64,000 nucleotides of DNA from NCBI RefSeq assembly GCF_003334765.1, contig NZ_QOWT01000008.1; one strand, written 5' to 3'. This stretch comes from Escherichia coli. GTDB taxonomy: Bacteria; Pseudomonadota; Gammaproteobacteria; Enterobacterales; Enterobacteriaceae. The notes beneath the pieces are model-generated. The model had not been told where the DNA came from. It saw only the letters and a list, made by a program, of their open reading frames with translations, and did no database searches. Every line of letters starts with the position of its first letter. The stretch's first letter is position 1. A program made the translations under genes and the position numbers. Shown here piece after piece: positions 14,251 to 25,339 of the stretch.

Positions 14251-14520
14251 TAGCCCTGCAATGTAAATGGTTCTTTGGTGTTTTTCAGAAAGAATGTGAT
14301 GAAGTGAAAAATTTGCATCACAAACCTGAAAAGAAATCCGTTTCCGGTTGCAAGTTCTTTATTCTCCAAAGCCTTGCGTAGCCTGAAGGTAATCGTTTGC
14401 GTAAATTCCTTTGTCAAGACCTGTTATCGCACAATGATTCGGTTATACTGTTCGCCGTTGTCCAACAGGACCGCCTATAAAGGCCAAAAATTTTATTGTT
14501 AGCTGAGTCAGGAGATGCGG

Positions 14521-15774
14521 ATGTTAAAGCGTGAAATGAACATTGCCGATTATGATGCCGAACTGTGGCAGGCTATGGAGCAGGAAAAAGTACGTCAGGA
14601 AGAGCACATCGAACTGATCGCCTCCGAAAACTACACCAGCCCGCGCGTAATGCAGGCGCAGGGTTCTCAGCTGACCAACAAATATGCTGAAGGTTATCCG
14701 GGCAAACGCTACTACGGCGGTTGCGAGTATGTTGATATCGTTGAACAACTGGCGATCGATCGTGCGAAAGAACTGTTCGGCGCTGACTACGCTAACGTCC
14801 AGCCGCACTCCGGCTCCCAGGCTAACTTTGCGGTCTACACCGCGCTGCTGGAACCAGGTGATACCGTTCTGGGTATGAACCTGGCGCATGGCGGTCACCT
14901 GACTCACGGTTCTCCGGTTAACTTCTCCGGTAAACTGTACAACATCGTTCCTTACGGTATCGATGCTACCGGTCATATCGACTACGCCGATCTGGAAAAA
15001 CAAGCCAAAGAACACAAGCCGAAAATGATTATCGGTGGTTTCTCTGCATATTCCGGCGTGGTGGACTGGGCGAAAATGCGTGAAATCGCTGACAGCATCG
15101 GTGCTTACCTGTTCGTTGATATGGCGCACGTTGCGGGCCTGGTTGCTGCTGGCGTCTACCCGAACCCGGTTCCTCATGCTCACGTTGTTACTACCACCAC
15201 TCACAAAACCCTGGCGGGTCCGCGCGGCGGCCTGATCCTGGCGAAAGGTGGTAGCGAAGAGCTGTACAAAAAACTGAACTCTGCCGTTTTCCCTGGTGGT
15301 CAGGGCGGTCCGTTGATGCACGTAATCGCCGGTAAAGCGGTTGCTCTGAAAGAAGCGATGGAGCCTGAGTTCAAAACTTACCAGCAGCAGGTCGCTAAAA
15401 ACGCTAAAGCGATGGTAGAAGTGTTCCTCGAGCGCGGCTACAAAGTGGTTTCCGGCGGCACTGATAACCACCTGTTCCTGGTTGATCTGGTTGATAAAAA
15501 CCTGACCGGTAAAGAAGCAGACGCCGCTCTGGGCCGTGCTAACATCACCGTCAACAAAAACAGCGTACCGAACGATCCGAAGAGCCCGTTTGTGACCTCC
15601 GGTATTCGTGTAGGTACTCCGGCGATTACCCGTCGCGGCTTTAAAGAAGCCGAAGCGAAAGAACTGGCTGGCTGGATGTGTGACGTGCTGGACAGCATCA
15701 ATGATGAAGCCGTTATCGAGCGCATCAAAGGTAAAGTTCTCGACATCTGCGCACGTTACCCGGTTTACGCATAA
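14521..15774 (+). CDS. glyA: serine hydroxymethyltransferase (417 aa)
   Basis: ORF 14515..15774; PLP-lysine motif region [14 protein letters not shown]. Confidence 0.95.
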
Positions 15775-15813
15775 GCGAAACGGTGATTTGCTGTCAATGT
15801 GCTCGTTGTTCAT

Positions 15814-15911
15814 GCCGGATGCGGCGTGAACGCCTTATCCGGCCTACAAAACTTTGCAAATTCAATATATTGCAATCTCCGTGTAGGCCTGATAAGCGTA
15901 GCGCATCAGGC
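15814..15911. repeat. BIME (pair of inverted REP palindromic units) downstream of glyA
   Basis: gccggatgcggcgtgaacgccttatccggcctac ... gtaggcctgataagcgtagcgcatcaggc. Confidence 0.8.
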
Positions 15912-15971
15912 AATTTTTCGTTTATGATCATCAAGGCTTCCTTCGGGAAGCCTTTCTACGTTATCGCGCCA

Positions 15972-17165
15972 TCAAATCTGTCGTAACTGCGCCTCAACAT
16001 ACAAATAGCCAATTCCCAGCACCTGTTGTGCGCGGCTTAATTGCCCAAAGCCAATTTGCGTCGCTTTCACGCTCGGTCCTTCGTCGCGGTCGAACGGGTT
16101 AAATCCTGTCTGGCGAATAATAGTATTAAGCCAGTTCTCACCAAAGGCACAACTGCGACCGTACAACCAAATCTGATTAATATTGAGGATGTTGAGGAAG
16201 TTATACAGACTCAAACCAATGGCATTGGCAGAGCGATCAACCCAGCTGGTGATCCACGGTTCTCCACTTTGCCAGGCAGCGATTAACTGCGCTGTAGTCA
16301 GTTTTTCAGGATCAAGTTGAGTACTAACCGGTTGTGATTTTAGCCATACCCGCGCCTGTTTTTTTAATGCGCTTAACGAGGCGACGGTTTCCAGGCAGCC
16401 ATAACGTCCACAGTCGCAGACGACGCCATCCGGATTAACGATGGTGTGACCAATCTGTCCGCTACCATACAAACTGCCGCGATAAATTTGCTCGTTAATC
16501 ACGAACGACGAGCCAATGCCGTAATCAACGTTGATCACGCAGAAATCCCGTTCCTGCGAATTATTTTGCCATTTCTCCGCCAGCGCCAGCATCACGCAGT
16601 CATTATCGACCATCACCCGAATGCCGAGCTTCTCTTCCAGCAGATATTTCACCTCCACCGGCGTTGTCCACGGCGCTTGCGGCATGGTTTGCGACACGCC
16701 GGTCACAGGATCAACCTGACCGTGGATTGCCAACGCCAGGTTGATGGTATGGTCCGGCCACAATTTACGGTGGCGATGCCAGCATTTTTCGATTTCGGAC
16801 AGCAGCGCCTGCGGCGTCGGTGCATCAATCTGTAAATACTCAAATTCACCTTTCGGACTTAAACAAGCATTAGCAACCTGACACTCAATACTGGTGGGCG
16901 TCACGTTCAGGCACAGCGTCCAGTCACCTTCCGGCGCAATCAGCCATGTACCGCTACTATGCCCGCGCGTCTGGCTTTCATCGTCAATATTCACCACCCG
17001 TTTTTCGCTTTCCAGTTCCTGCAAAATATTACTGACTGCCGGAATCGAAATTTGCGCCAGCCGGGCCAGCGTTGATTTATTGGCGCGCTTTTGCCGGTAC
17101 AGCAGTTCCAGAATCACGCATTTGTTATGGTGGCGAATCTGTTGATTATTAATGCAGGCTCTCAT
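15972..17165 (-). CDS. yphH: ROK/NagC-family transcriptional regulator YphH
   Basis: ORF 15972..17171; N-terminal HTH, ROK sugar-kinase-like fold with Cys/His zinc motif (CDCGRYGCLE). Confidence 0.8.
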   Translation of the reverse strand: MRACINNQQIRHHNKCVILELLYRQKRANKSTLARLAQISIPAVSNILQELESEKRVVNIDDESQTRGHSSGTWLIAPEGDWTLCLNVTPTSIECQVANACLSPKGEFEYLQIDAPTPQALLSEIEKCWHRHRKLWPDHTINLALAIHGQVDPVTGVSQTMPQAPWTTPVEVKYLLEEKLGIRVMVDNDCVMLALAEKWQNNSQERDFCVINVDYGIGSSFVINEQIYRGSLYGSGQIGHTIVNPDGVVCDCGRYGCLETVASLSALKKQARVWLKSQPVSTQLDPEKLTTAQLIAAWQSGEPWITSWVDRSANAIGLSLYNFLNILNINQIWLYGRSCAFGENWLNTIIRQTGFNPFDRDEGPSVKATQIGFGQLSRAQQVLGIGYLYVEAQLRQI

Positions 17166-17282
17166 CTTCACTAAACCTTGTTTAGTTAATTGCGTGATTA
17201 TTCCGCGAAAACATTGCCAGATTGTTCAATACACTGCCACAAATCTTTTAATTCAGTATGTCTTGTTAATATTGAGGGCACC

Positions 17283-20200
17283 ATGACTCCAGTAAAAGTG
17301 TGGCAAGAGCGCGTTGAGATCCCGACCTATGAAACCGGGCCGCAGGATATACATCCCATGTTCCTGGAAAATCGCGTTTATCAGGGATCGTCCGGCGCGG
17401 TTTATCCCTACGGCGTGACCGATACGCTGAGCGAGCAGAAAACCCTGAAATCCTGGCAGGCGGTGTGGCTGGAAAACGACTACATCAAAGTGATGATCCT
17501 GCCGGAACTGGGCGGTCGGGTGCATCGCGCGTGGGATAAAGTGAAACAGCGCGATTTTGTTTATCACAATGAAGTCATTAAACCTGCGCTGGTGGGGCTG
17601 CTGGGGCCGTGGATTTCCGGTGGGATTGAGTTTAACTGGCCGCAACATCATCGCCCGACCACCTTTATGCCCGTTGATTTCACCCTCGAAGCCCATGAAG
17701 ACGGTGCACAGACGGTGTGGGTAGGCGAAACGGAGCCGATGCATGGTTTACAGGTGATGACAGGTTTCACCCTGCGCCCTGACCGGGCGGCGCTGGAAAT
17801 CGCCAGCCGCGTCTATAACGGGAACGCCACGCCGCGTCATTTCTTGTGGTGGGCCAACCCGGCAGTGAAAGGGGGGGAAGGGCATCAGAGCGTCTTCCCG
17901 CCGGATGTAACGGCGGTGTTTGATCACGGCAAACGGGCCGTCTCCGCTTTCCCCATCGCTACCGGCACTTACTACAAAGTGGACTACTCCGCTGGAGTGG
18001 ACATTTCTCGCTATAAAAATGTGCCTGTTCCAACCTCATATATGGCCGAAAAATCGCAGTACGATTTTGTCGGCGCGTGGTGTCACGATGAAGATGGCGG
18101 TTTGCTGCACGTTGCCAACCACCATATTGCGCCAGGTAAAAAACAGTGGAGTTGGGGACACAGTGAATTTGGCCAGGCGTGGGATAAGAGTCTGACCGAC
18201 AATAACGGCCCGTATATCGAACTGATGACCGGTATTTTTGCCGATAACCAGCCCGATTTTACCTGGCTTGATGCTTACGAAGAGAAGCGTTTTGAGCAGT
18301 ATTTCCTGCCTTATCATTCTTTGGGCATGGTGCAAAATGCCTCCCGCGATGCGGTGATAAAACTCCAGCGTAGTAAGCGGGGGATTGAGTGGGGGCTGTA
18401 TGCCATCTCTCCGTTGAACGGATACCGCCTGGCGATCCGCGAAATCGGTAAATGCAACGCGTTACTTGATGATGCCGTGGCACTGATGCCTGCGACCGCC
18501 ATCCAGGGCGTGTTGCACGGTATCAATCCTGAAAGGCTGACCATTGAGCTCTCCGATGCCGACGGCAATATTGTACTGAGTTATCAGGAACATCAGCCGC
18601 AAGCGTTGCCGTTACCGGACGTCGCCAAAGCGCCACTGGCAGCACAAGACATTACCAGTACAGATGAAGCCTGGTTTATCGGTCAGCATCTGGAGCAATA
18701 TCATCACGCCAGCCGTTCACCGTTCGATTACTACCTGCGCGGCGTGGCGCTGGACCCGCTGGATTATCGCTGTAACCTGGCGCTGGCGATGCTGGAATAT
18801 AACCGCGCAGATTTCCCGCAAGCGGTGGCGTATGCCACTCAGGCTCTGAAACGCGCACATTCGCTGAACAAAAATCCGCAGTGCGGACAGGCGAGTTTGA
18901 TTCGCGCCAGTGCTTACGAACGTCAGGGACAATATCAACAAGCCGAAGAGGATTTCTGGCGTGCGGTCTGGAGCGGCAACAGCAAAGCCGGTGGCTATTA
19001 TGGCCTGGCACGACTGGCGGCGCGTAATGGTAACTTCGACGCTGGTCTGGATTTTTGCCAACAAAGTCTTCGCGCCTGCCCAACCAATCAGGAAGTGCTT
19101 TGCCTGCATAATCTGCTGCTGGTGTTAAGTGGTCGTCAGGACAACGCGCGTGTGCAGCGCGAGAAACTGCTGCGCGATTATCCGCTGAACGCCACTCTGT
19201 GGTGGCTGAACTGGTTCGATGGTCGTAGCGAATCAGCTCTCGCGCAGTGGCGCGGTCTGTGTCAGGGACGCGACGTTAACGCCCTGATGACCGCCGGGCA
19301 ACTGATTAACTGGGGAATGCCCACCCTGGCGGCAGAGATGCTGAACGCACTGGACTGCCAGCGCACGCTGCCGCTTTACCTGCAAGCCAGCTTGCTGCCG
19401 AAAGCCGAACGTGGCGAACTGGTCGCAAAAGCCATTGATGTCTTCCCGCAGTTTGTCCGTTTCCCGAATACGCTGGAAGAAGTGGCGGCGCTGGAGAGTA
19501 TTGAAGAGTGCTGGTTTGCTCGCCATTTACTAGCTTGCTTCTACTACAACAAACGTAGCTACAACAAAGCCATTGCCTTTTGGCAACGTTGCGTAGAGAT
19601 GTCGCCGGAGTTTGCCGACGGCTGGCGCGGGTTAGCGATCCATGCGTGGAATAAGCAACACGATTATGAGCTGGCCGCGCGTTATCTTGATAATGCTTAT
19701 CAGCTTGCGCCGCAGGATGCACGTCTGCTTTTCGAACGGGATTTGCTGGATAAGTTAAGTGGAGCCACACCGGAGAAACGACTGGCGCGTCTGGAAAATA
19801 ATCTGGAAATTGCGCTGAAACGCGACGACATGACCGCAGAACTGCTCAATTTGTGGCATCTCACGGGTCAGGCAGACAAAGCGGCGGACATTCTCGCCAC
19901 GCGCAAATTCCACCCGTGGGAAGGCGGGGAAGGGAAGGTCACCAGTCAGTTTATCCTCAACCAGTTATTACGCGCCTGGCAGCATCTTGATGCCAGACAG
20001 CCGCAGCAGGCCTGCGAACTGCTTCATGCCGCGCTGCATTATCCGGAGAATTTAAGCGAAGGCCGTTTACCGGGGCAAACTGATAACGACATCTGGTTCT
20101 GGCAGGCGATATGCGCCAACGCGCAGGGCGATGAAACTGAAGCGACGCGTTGTTTACGTCTGGCGGCGACCGGCGATCGCACTATTAACATTCACAGTTA

Positions 20201-20564
20201 TTACAACGATCAGCCGGTTGATTATCTCTTCTGGCAAGGGATGGCGCTGCGACTGCTGGGCGAACAACAAACCGCACAGCAACTGTTTAGTGAAATGAAA
20301 CAGTGGGCGCAAGAGATGGCGAAAACCAGTATCGAAGCGGATTTCTTTGCCGTCTCGCAACCTGACTTGTTGTCGCTGTATGGCGATTTACAACAGCAGC
20401 ATAAAGAAAAATGCCTGATGGTGGCGATGCTGGCGTCCGCGGGACTCGGGGAGGTTGCGCAATATGAGTCTGCTCGCGCTGAATTGACGGCGATTAATCC
20501 GGCTTGGCCGAAAGCGGCATTATTCACCACCGTGATGCCTTTTATTTTTAACCGCGTTCACTAA
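17283..20564 (+). CDS. yphG: large uncharacterized protein YphG (about 1093 aa; N-terminal DUF-like domain plus TPR-like repeats)
   Basis: ORF 17190..20564; start placed at ATG 17283 preceded by gaggg; repeated TPR-like motifs in C-terminal half. Confidence 0.75.
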   Translation: MTPVKVWQERVEIPTYETGPQDIHPMFLENRVYQGSSGAVYPYGVTDTLSEQKTLKSWQAVWLENDYIKVMILPELGGRVHRAWDKVKQRDFVYHNEVIKPALVGLLGPWISGGIEFNWPQHHRPTTFMPVDFTLEAHEDGAQTVWVGETEPMHGLQVMTGFTLRPDRAALEIASRVYNGNATPRHFLWWANPAVKGGEGHQSVFPPDVTAVFDHGKRAVSAFPIATGTYYKVDYSAGVDISRYKNVPVPTSYMAEKSQYDFVGAWCHDEDGGLLHVANHHIAPGKKQWSWGHSEFGQAWDKSLTDNNGPYIELMTGIFADNQPDFTWLDAYEEKRFEQYFLPYHSLGMVQNASRDAVIKLQRSKRGIEWGLYAISPLNGYRLAIREIGKCNALLDDAVALMPATAIQGVLHGINPERLTIELSDADGNIVLSYQEHQPQALPLPDVAKAPLAAQDITSTDEAWFIGQHLEQYHHASRSPFDYYLRGVALDPLDYRCNLALAMLEYNRADFPQAVAYATQALKRAHSLNKNPQCGQASLIRASAYERQGQYQQAEEDFWRAVWSGNSKAGGYYGLARLAARNGNFDAGLDFCQQSLRACPTNQEVLCLHNLLLVLSGRQDNARVQREKLLRDYPLNATLWWLNWFDGRSESALAQWRGLCQGRDVNALMTAGQLINWGMPTLAAEMLNALDCQRTLPLYLQASLLPKAERGELVAKAIDVFPQFVRFPNTLEEVAALESIEECWFARHLLACFYYNKRSYNKAIAFWQRCVEMSPEFADGWRGLAIHAWNKQHDYELAARYLDNAYQLAPQDARLLFERDLLDKLSGATPEKRLARLENNLEIALKRDDMTAELLNLWHLTGQADKAADILATRKFHPWEGGEGKVTSQFILNQLLRAWQHLDARQPQQACELLHAALHYPENLSEGRLPGQTDNDIWFWQAICANAQGDETEATRCLRLAATGDRTINIHSYYNDQPVDYLFWQGMALRLLGEQQTAQQLFSEMKQWAQEMAKTSIEADFFAVSQPDLLSLYGDLQQQHKEKCLMVAMLASAGLGEVAQYESARAELTAINPAWPKAALFTTVMPFIFNRVH

Positions 20565-20660
20565 ACCCTATTAACTGTAATATTTGAGCGGCACGCGCTG
20601 CCGCTCATCACAAAATAATTAGAATAAGCCGTTGTTAATAAAAACCCTACAGGAGGCTCT

Positions 20661-21644
20661 ATGCCTACAAAAATGAGAACAACCCGTAATCTATTATTAA
20701 TGGCTACGCTATTAGGTAGCGCACTATTTGCCAGGGCTGCGGAAAAAGAAATGACCATTGGCGCAATATACCTTGATACTCAGGGATACTACGCTGGAGT
20801 GCGTCAGGGCGTTCAGGATGCGGCAAAAGATTCCTCAGTACAAGTTCAGTTAATAGAAACTAACGCCCAGGGTGATATTTCGAAAGAAAGTACCTTTGTT
20901 GATACCCTCGTGGCGCGTAATGTCGATGCCATTATTTTATCGGCAGTGTCTGAAAATGGCAGTAGCCGTACCGTTCGTCGCGCCAGTGAAGCGGGCATTC
21001 CGGTGATTTGCTACAACACCTGTATTAATCAAAAGGGGGTCGATAAATATGTCTCGGCGTATCTGGTCGGCGATCCGCTGGAATTTGGTAAAAAACTGGG
21101 TAACGCTGCCGCTGATTATTTTATTGCCAATAAAATTGACCAGCCGAAAATTGCCGTCATCAATTGCGAAGCCTTTGAAGTTTGTGTGCAGCGACGTAAA
21201 GGATTTGAAGAAGTTTTAAAATCCCGCGTTCCCGGCGCGCAAATTGTCGCTAATCAGGAAGGGACTGTTTTAGATAAAGCGATTTCCGTTGGTGAAAAAC
21301 TAATTATCTCCACGCCGGATCTCAACGCCATTATGGGGGAATCGGGCGGTGCGACACTCGGCGCGGTAAAAGCGGTACGTAATCAAAATCAGGCCGGAAA
21401 AATTGCTGTTTTCGGTTCGGATATGACAACCGAAATTGCTCAGGAGCTGGAAAACAATCAGGTGCTGAAAGCGGTAGTGGATATTTCCGGTAAGAAAATG
21501 GGCAATGCTGTTTTCGCGCAAACATTGAAGGTTATCAATAAACAAGCCGACGGTGAAAAAGTGATTCAGGTGCCTATCGATCTCTATACCAAAACGGAAG
21601 ACGGTAAACAGTGGCTGGCAACGCACGTTGATGGTCTGCCCTAA
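20661..21644 (+). CDS. yphF: ABC sugar transporter periplasmic substrate-binding protein YphF
   Basis: ORF 20661..21644; signal peptide; periplasmic-binding-protein type I fold. Confidence 0.8.
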   Translation: MPTKMRTTRNLLLMATLLGSALFARAAEKEMTIGAIYLDTQGYYAGVRQGVQDAAKDSSVQVQLIETNAQGDISKESTFVDTLVARNVDAIILSAVSENGSSRTVRRASEAGIPVICYNTCINQKGVDKYVSAYLVGDPLEFGKKLGNAAADYFIANKIDQPKIAVINCEAFEVCVQRRKGFEEVLKSRVPGAQIVANQEGTVLDKAISVGEKLIISTPDLNAIMGESGGATLGAVKAVRNQNQAGKIAVFGSDMTTEIAQELENNQVLKAVVDISGKKMGNAVFAQTLKVINKQADGEKVIQVPIDLYTKTEDGKQWLATHVDGLP

Positions 21645-21666
21645 TCGCTGATTCGCAGAGGTCCCT

Positions 21667-23178
21667 ATGTTCACGGCAACAGAGGCAGTCCCGGTAGCAA
21701 AAGTGGTGGCAGGAAATAAGCGTTATCCCGGCGTCGTTGCGCTGGATAACGTTAACTTCACGCTCAATAAAGGCGAAGTTCGTGCGCTGTTAGGTAAAAA
21801 CGGCGCGGGCAAATCGACTCTCATTCGAATGCTTACCGGCAGCGAACGCCCGGATAGCGGTGATATCTGGATTGGCGAGACGCGACTGGAAGGTGACGAA
21901 GCTACGCTGACTCGCCGTGCCGCTGAACTGGGGGTGCGCGCGGTTTATCAGGAGTTAAGTCTGGTGGAAGGGCTGACAGTGGCGGAAAACCTCTGCCTCG
22001 GTCAGTGGCCCCGCCGCAACGGCATGATTGATTACCTGCAAATGGCGCAGGATGCCCAACGTTGCTTACAGGCGCTGGGCGTTGACGTTAGTCCTGAACA
22101 ACTTGTTTCAACGCTAAGCCCGGCGCAAAAGCAGCTGGTGGAAATTGCGCGGGTGATGAAGGGCGAGCCGCGCGTGGTCATTCTTGATGAACCTACCAGT
22201 TCGCTTGCGAGTGCGGAAGTTGAACTGGTGATCAGCGCGGTGAAAAAGATGTCGGCACTGGGCGTGGCGGTGATTTATGTCAGCCACCGGATGGAAGAAA
22301 TTCGCCGCATTGCCTCCTGTGCCACCGTTATGCGCGATGGTCAGGTGGCGGGCGATGTGATGCTCGAAAACACCTCCACGCATCATATTGTGTCGCTGAT
22401 GCTCGGGCGCGATCACGTTGATATTGCGCCGGTAGCCCCTCAGGAAATTGTGGATCAGGCCGTGCTGGAAGTCCGTGCGTTACGCCATAAGCCCAAGCTG
22501 GAGGATATCAGTTTTACGCTACGTCGTGGCGAAGTGCTCGGCATTGCTGGTCTGCTGGGGGCAGGGCGCAGTGAATTGCTGAAGGCGATTGTTGGGCTGG
22601 AGGAGTATGAACAGGGCGAAATTGTTATCAACGGCGAGAAAATCACGCGCCCCGATTACGGCGACATGCTGAAACGCGGCATTGGCTATACGCCAGAAAA
22701 CCGCAAAGAAGCGGGGATCATTCCCTGGTTGGGCGTTGACGAAAATACAGTGCTGACCAATCGGCAAAAAATCAGCGCCAACGGTGTGCTGCAATGGTCC
22801 ACCATCCGCCGCCTGACCGAAGAGGTGATGCAGCGGATGACGGTCAAGGCCGCCAGTAGCGAAACACCCATCGGCACGCTTTCTGGTGGCAATCAGCAAA
22901 AAGTGGTGATCGGTCGTTGGGTCTATGCTGCCAGCCAGATTTTGTTGCTCGACGAGCCAACGCGCGGCGTCGATATCGAAGCCAAACAGCAGATTTACCG
23001 TATTGTCCGTGAGCTGGCTGCCGAAGGAAAAAGCGTGGTGTTTATCTCCAGTGAAGTGGAGGAGTTGCCGCTGGTGTGTGACCGCATCCTGTTATTACAG
23101 CACGGCACGTTCTCGCAGGAGTTTCACGCTCCGGTCAATGTGGATGAGCTGATGTCCGCCATTCTGTCTGTGCACTGA
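21667..23178 (+). CDS. yphE: ABC sugar transporter ATP-binding protein YphE (duplicated ABC domain)
   Basis: ORF 21667..23178; Walker A GKNGAGKST, ABC signature LSGGNQQK, two ABC halves. Confidence 0.85.
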   Translation: MFTATEAVPVAKVVAGNKRYPGVVALDNVNFTLNKGEVRALLGKNGAGKSTLIRMLTGSERPDSGDIWIGETRLEGDEATLTRRAAELGVRAVYQELSLVEGLTVAENLCLGQWPRRNGMIDYLQMAQDAQRCLQALGVDVSPEQLVSTLSPAQKQLVEIARVMKGEPRVVILDEPTSSLASAEVELVISAVKKMSALGVAVIYVSHRMEEIRRIASCATVMRDGQVAGDVMLENTSTHHIVSLMLGRDHVDIAPVAPQEIVDQAVLEVRALRHKPKLEDISFTLRRGEVLGIAGLLGAGRSELLKAIVGLEEYEQGEIVINGEKITRPDYGDMLKRGIGYTPENRKEAGIIPWLGVDENTVLTNRQKISANGVLQWSTIRRLTEEVMQRMTVKAASSETPIGTLSGGNQQKVVIGRWVYAASQILLLDEPTRGVDIEAKQQIYRIVRELAAEGKSVVFISSEVEELPLVCDRILLLQHGTFSQEFHAPVNVDELMSAILSVH

Positions 23179-23202
23179 TGAATTTTACCGAGGAACCTGA
23201 AG

Positions 23203-24201
23203 ATGTCTGCTTCGTCATTACCATTGCCGCAGGGCAAGAGCGTCTCGCTCAAACAATTTGTCAGTCGCCATATTAATGAGATCGGTTTGCTGGTGGTGAT
23301 TGCCATTCTTTATCTGGTCTTCTCCCTGAACGCGCCTGGCTTTATCTCATTGAATAACCAGATGAACGTGCTGCGCGATGCCGCCACCATTGGGATTGCC
23401 GCCTGGGCGATGACGCTGATTATTATCTCCGGTGAAATTGATGTCAGCGTTGGGCCGATGGTGGCTTTTGTCTCGGTGTGCCTGGCATTTTTGCTGCAAT
23501 TTGAAGTTCCGCTGGCGGTGGCGTGCCTGCTGGTGTTGCTGTTAGGCGCGCTGATGGGAACGCTGGCCGGGGTGCTGCGCGGCGTGTTTAATGTACCAAG
23601 TTTCGTTGCCACACTGGGGCTGTGGAGCGCCCTGCGCGGAATGGGGCTGTTTATGACGAACGCACTGCCAGTGCCGATTGATGAAAACGAGGTGCTGGAC
23701 TGGCTGGGCGGACAATTTCTCGGTGTGCCGGTATCCGCGCTGATCATGATTGTGTTGTTTGCGCTGTTTGTGTTCATCAGCCGCAAAACCGCCTTCGGGC
23801 GCTCGGTTTTTGCCGTTGGCGGTAATGCTACGGCGGCGCAGTTGTGCGGCATCAACGTTCGTCGGGTGCGCATTCTTATCTTTACCCTTTCGGGATTATT
23901 AGCGGCGGTGACCGGCATTTTGTTGGCGGCGCGCCTCGGTTCTGGTAACGCAGGTGCCGCAAACGGTCTGGAGTTTGACGTCATCGCCGCGGTCGTGGTC
24001 GGCGGTACGGCACTTTCCGGCGGTCGCGGTTCCCTGTTCGGTACATTGCTTGGTGTGCTGGTGATTACGCTAATCGGTAACGGTCTGGTGCTGCTCGGTA
24101 TTAACTCCTTTTTCCAGCAGGTGGTACGCGGCGTCATCATCGTGGTGGCGGTGCTGGCGAATATCTTGCTGACCCAGCGAAGCAGTAAAGCGAAACGCTA
24201 A
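23203..24201 (+). CDS. yphD: ABC sugar transporter permease YphD
   Basis: ORF 23203..24201; multi-pass hydrophobic protein of ribose/xylose-type permease family. Confidence 0.8.
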   Translation: MSASSLPLPQGKSVSLKQFVSRHINEIGLLVVIAILYLVFSLNAPGFISLNNQMNVLRDAATIGIAAWAMTLIIISGEIDVSVGPMVAFVSVCLAFLLQFEVPLAVACLLVLLLGALMGTLAGVLRGVFNVPSFVATLGLWSALRGMGLFMTNALPVPIDENEVLDWLGGQFLGVPVSALIMIVLFALFVFISRKTAFGRSVFAVGGNATAAQLCGINVRRVRILIFTLSGLLAAVTGILLAARLGSGNAGAANGLEFDVIAAVVVGGTALSGGRGSLFGTLLGVLVITLIGNGLVLLGINSFFQQVVRGVIIVVAVLANILLTQRSSKAKR

Positions 24202-24266
24202 ACCTTAACGCCCCTGGCGCGGGTGCGGCAGGGATGAAAATTAATCGTATTGTTAATGAGGGATTT

Positions 24267-25328
24267 ATGAAAACGATGCTGGCAGCTTATTTACCAGGAA
24301 ATTCGACCGTCGATCTGCGGGAAGTTGCGGTGCCGACGCCGGGGATTAACCAGGTACTGATCAAAATGAAATCCTCCGGGATTTGCGGAAGCGATGTCCA
24401 CTATATCTATCATCAACACCGTGCCACAGCGGCGGCACCCGATAAACCGTTATACCAGGGCTTTATCAACGGTCATGAACCGTGCGGGCAGATTGTGGCG
24501 ATGGGGCAAGGCTGCCGCCATTTTAAAGAGGGCGACCGCGTGCTGGTGTATCACATTTCTGGCTGTGGTTTTTGCCCGAACTGCCGTCGCGGTTTTCCTA
24601 TTTCTTGTACTGGCGAAGGAAAAGCGGCTTACGGCTGGCAGCGTGACGGCGGTCATGCCGAATACTTGCTGGCGGAAGAAAAAGATCTGATCCTCCTGCC
24701 GGATGCGCTGAGCTACGAAGATGGTGCGTTTATCAGTTGCGGCGTTGGTACAGCGTATGAAGGAATTTTGCGCGGCGAAGTTTCCGGCAGTGATAACGTG
24801 CTGGTGGTCGGTCTGGGGCCAGTCGGCATGATGGCGATGATGCTGGCGAAAGGTCGCGGTGCAAAACGGATCATCGGCGTTGATATGCTGCCGGAACGTC
24901 TGGCGATGGCAAAACAGTTAGGGGTGATGGATCACGGCTATTTAGCAACCACCGAAGGTCTGCCGCAGATTATCGCCGAACTCACCCACGGTGGCGCGGA
25001 TGTTGCGCTCGATTGTTCCGGTAATGCCGCAGGTCGCTTGCTGGCACTGCAATCCACCGCTGACTGGGGACGGGTGGTTTACATTGGTGAAACCGGAAAA
25101 GTGGAATTCGAGGTCAGCGCCGATCTGATGCACCATCAACGGCGGATTATCGGCTCCTGGGTGACCAGTCTGTTCCATATGGAAAAATGCGCCCATGATC
25201 TGACGGACTGGAAGCTGTGGCCGCGTAACGCCATTACCCATCGCTTCTCGCTGGAACAGGCAGGTGATGCCTATGCGCTGATGGCGAGCGGCAAATGCGG
25301 GAAAGTTGTGATTAACTTCCCGGATTAA
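24267..25328 (+). CDS. yphC: zinc-dependent alcohol/polyol dehydrogenase YphC
   Basis: ORF 24234..25328; GHE..G zinc-ADH signature, GxGxxG Rossmann motif (GLGPVG); start at ATG 24267 after gaggg. Confidence 0.8.
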   Translation: MKTMLAAYLPGNSTVDLREVAVPTPGINQVLIKMKSSGICGSDVHYIYHQHRATAAAPDKPLYQGFINGHEPCGQIVAMGQGCRHFKEGDRVLVYHISGCGFCPNCRRGFPISCTGEGKAAYGWQRDGGHAEYLLAEEKDLILLPDALSYEDGAFISCGVGTAYEGILRGEVSGSDNVLVVGLGPVGMMAMMLAKGRGAKRIIGVDMLPERLAMAKQLGVMDHGYLATTEGLPQIIAELTHGGADVALDCSGNAAGRLLALQSTADWGRVVYIGETGKVEFEVSADLMHHQRRIIGSWVTSLFHMEKCAHDLTDWKLWPRNAITHRFSLEQAGDAYALMASGKCGKVVINFPD

Positions 25329-25339
25329 GGAGTTAGCGG

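Noticed and set aside
14524-15813. 429-aa ORF on the minus strand spanning almost all of glyA, and similar long antisense ORFs opposite purL (4911..5987, 6642..7742), hmp, suhB, trmJ, iscS, pepB and bamB
   Set aside because: They lie antisense to strongly supported conserved genes, lack recognisable domains or ribosome-binding sites, and have low-complexity Arg/His/Gln-rich translations typical of shadow ORFs in GC-rich coding DNA.
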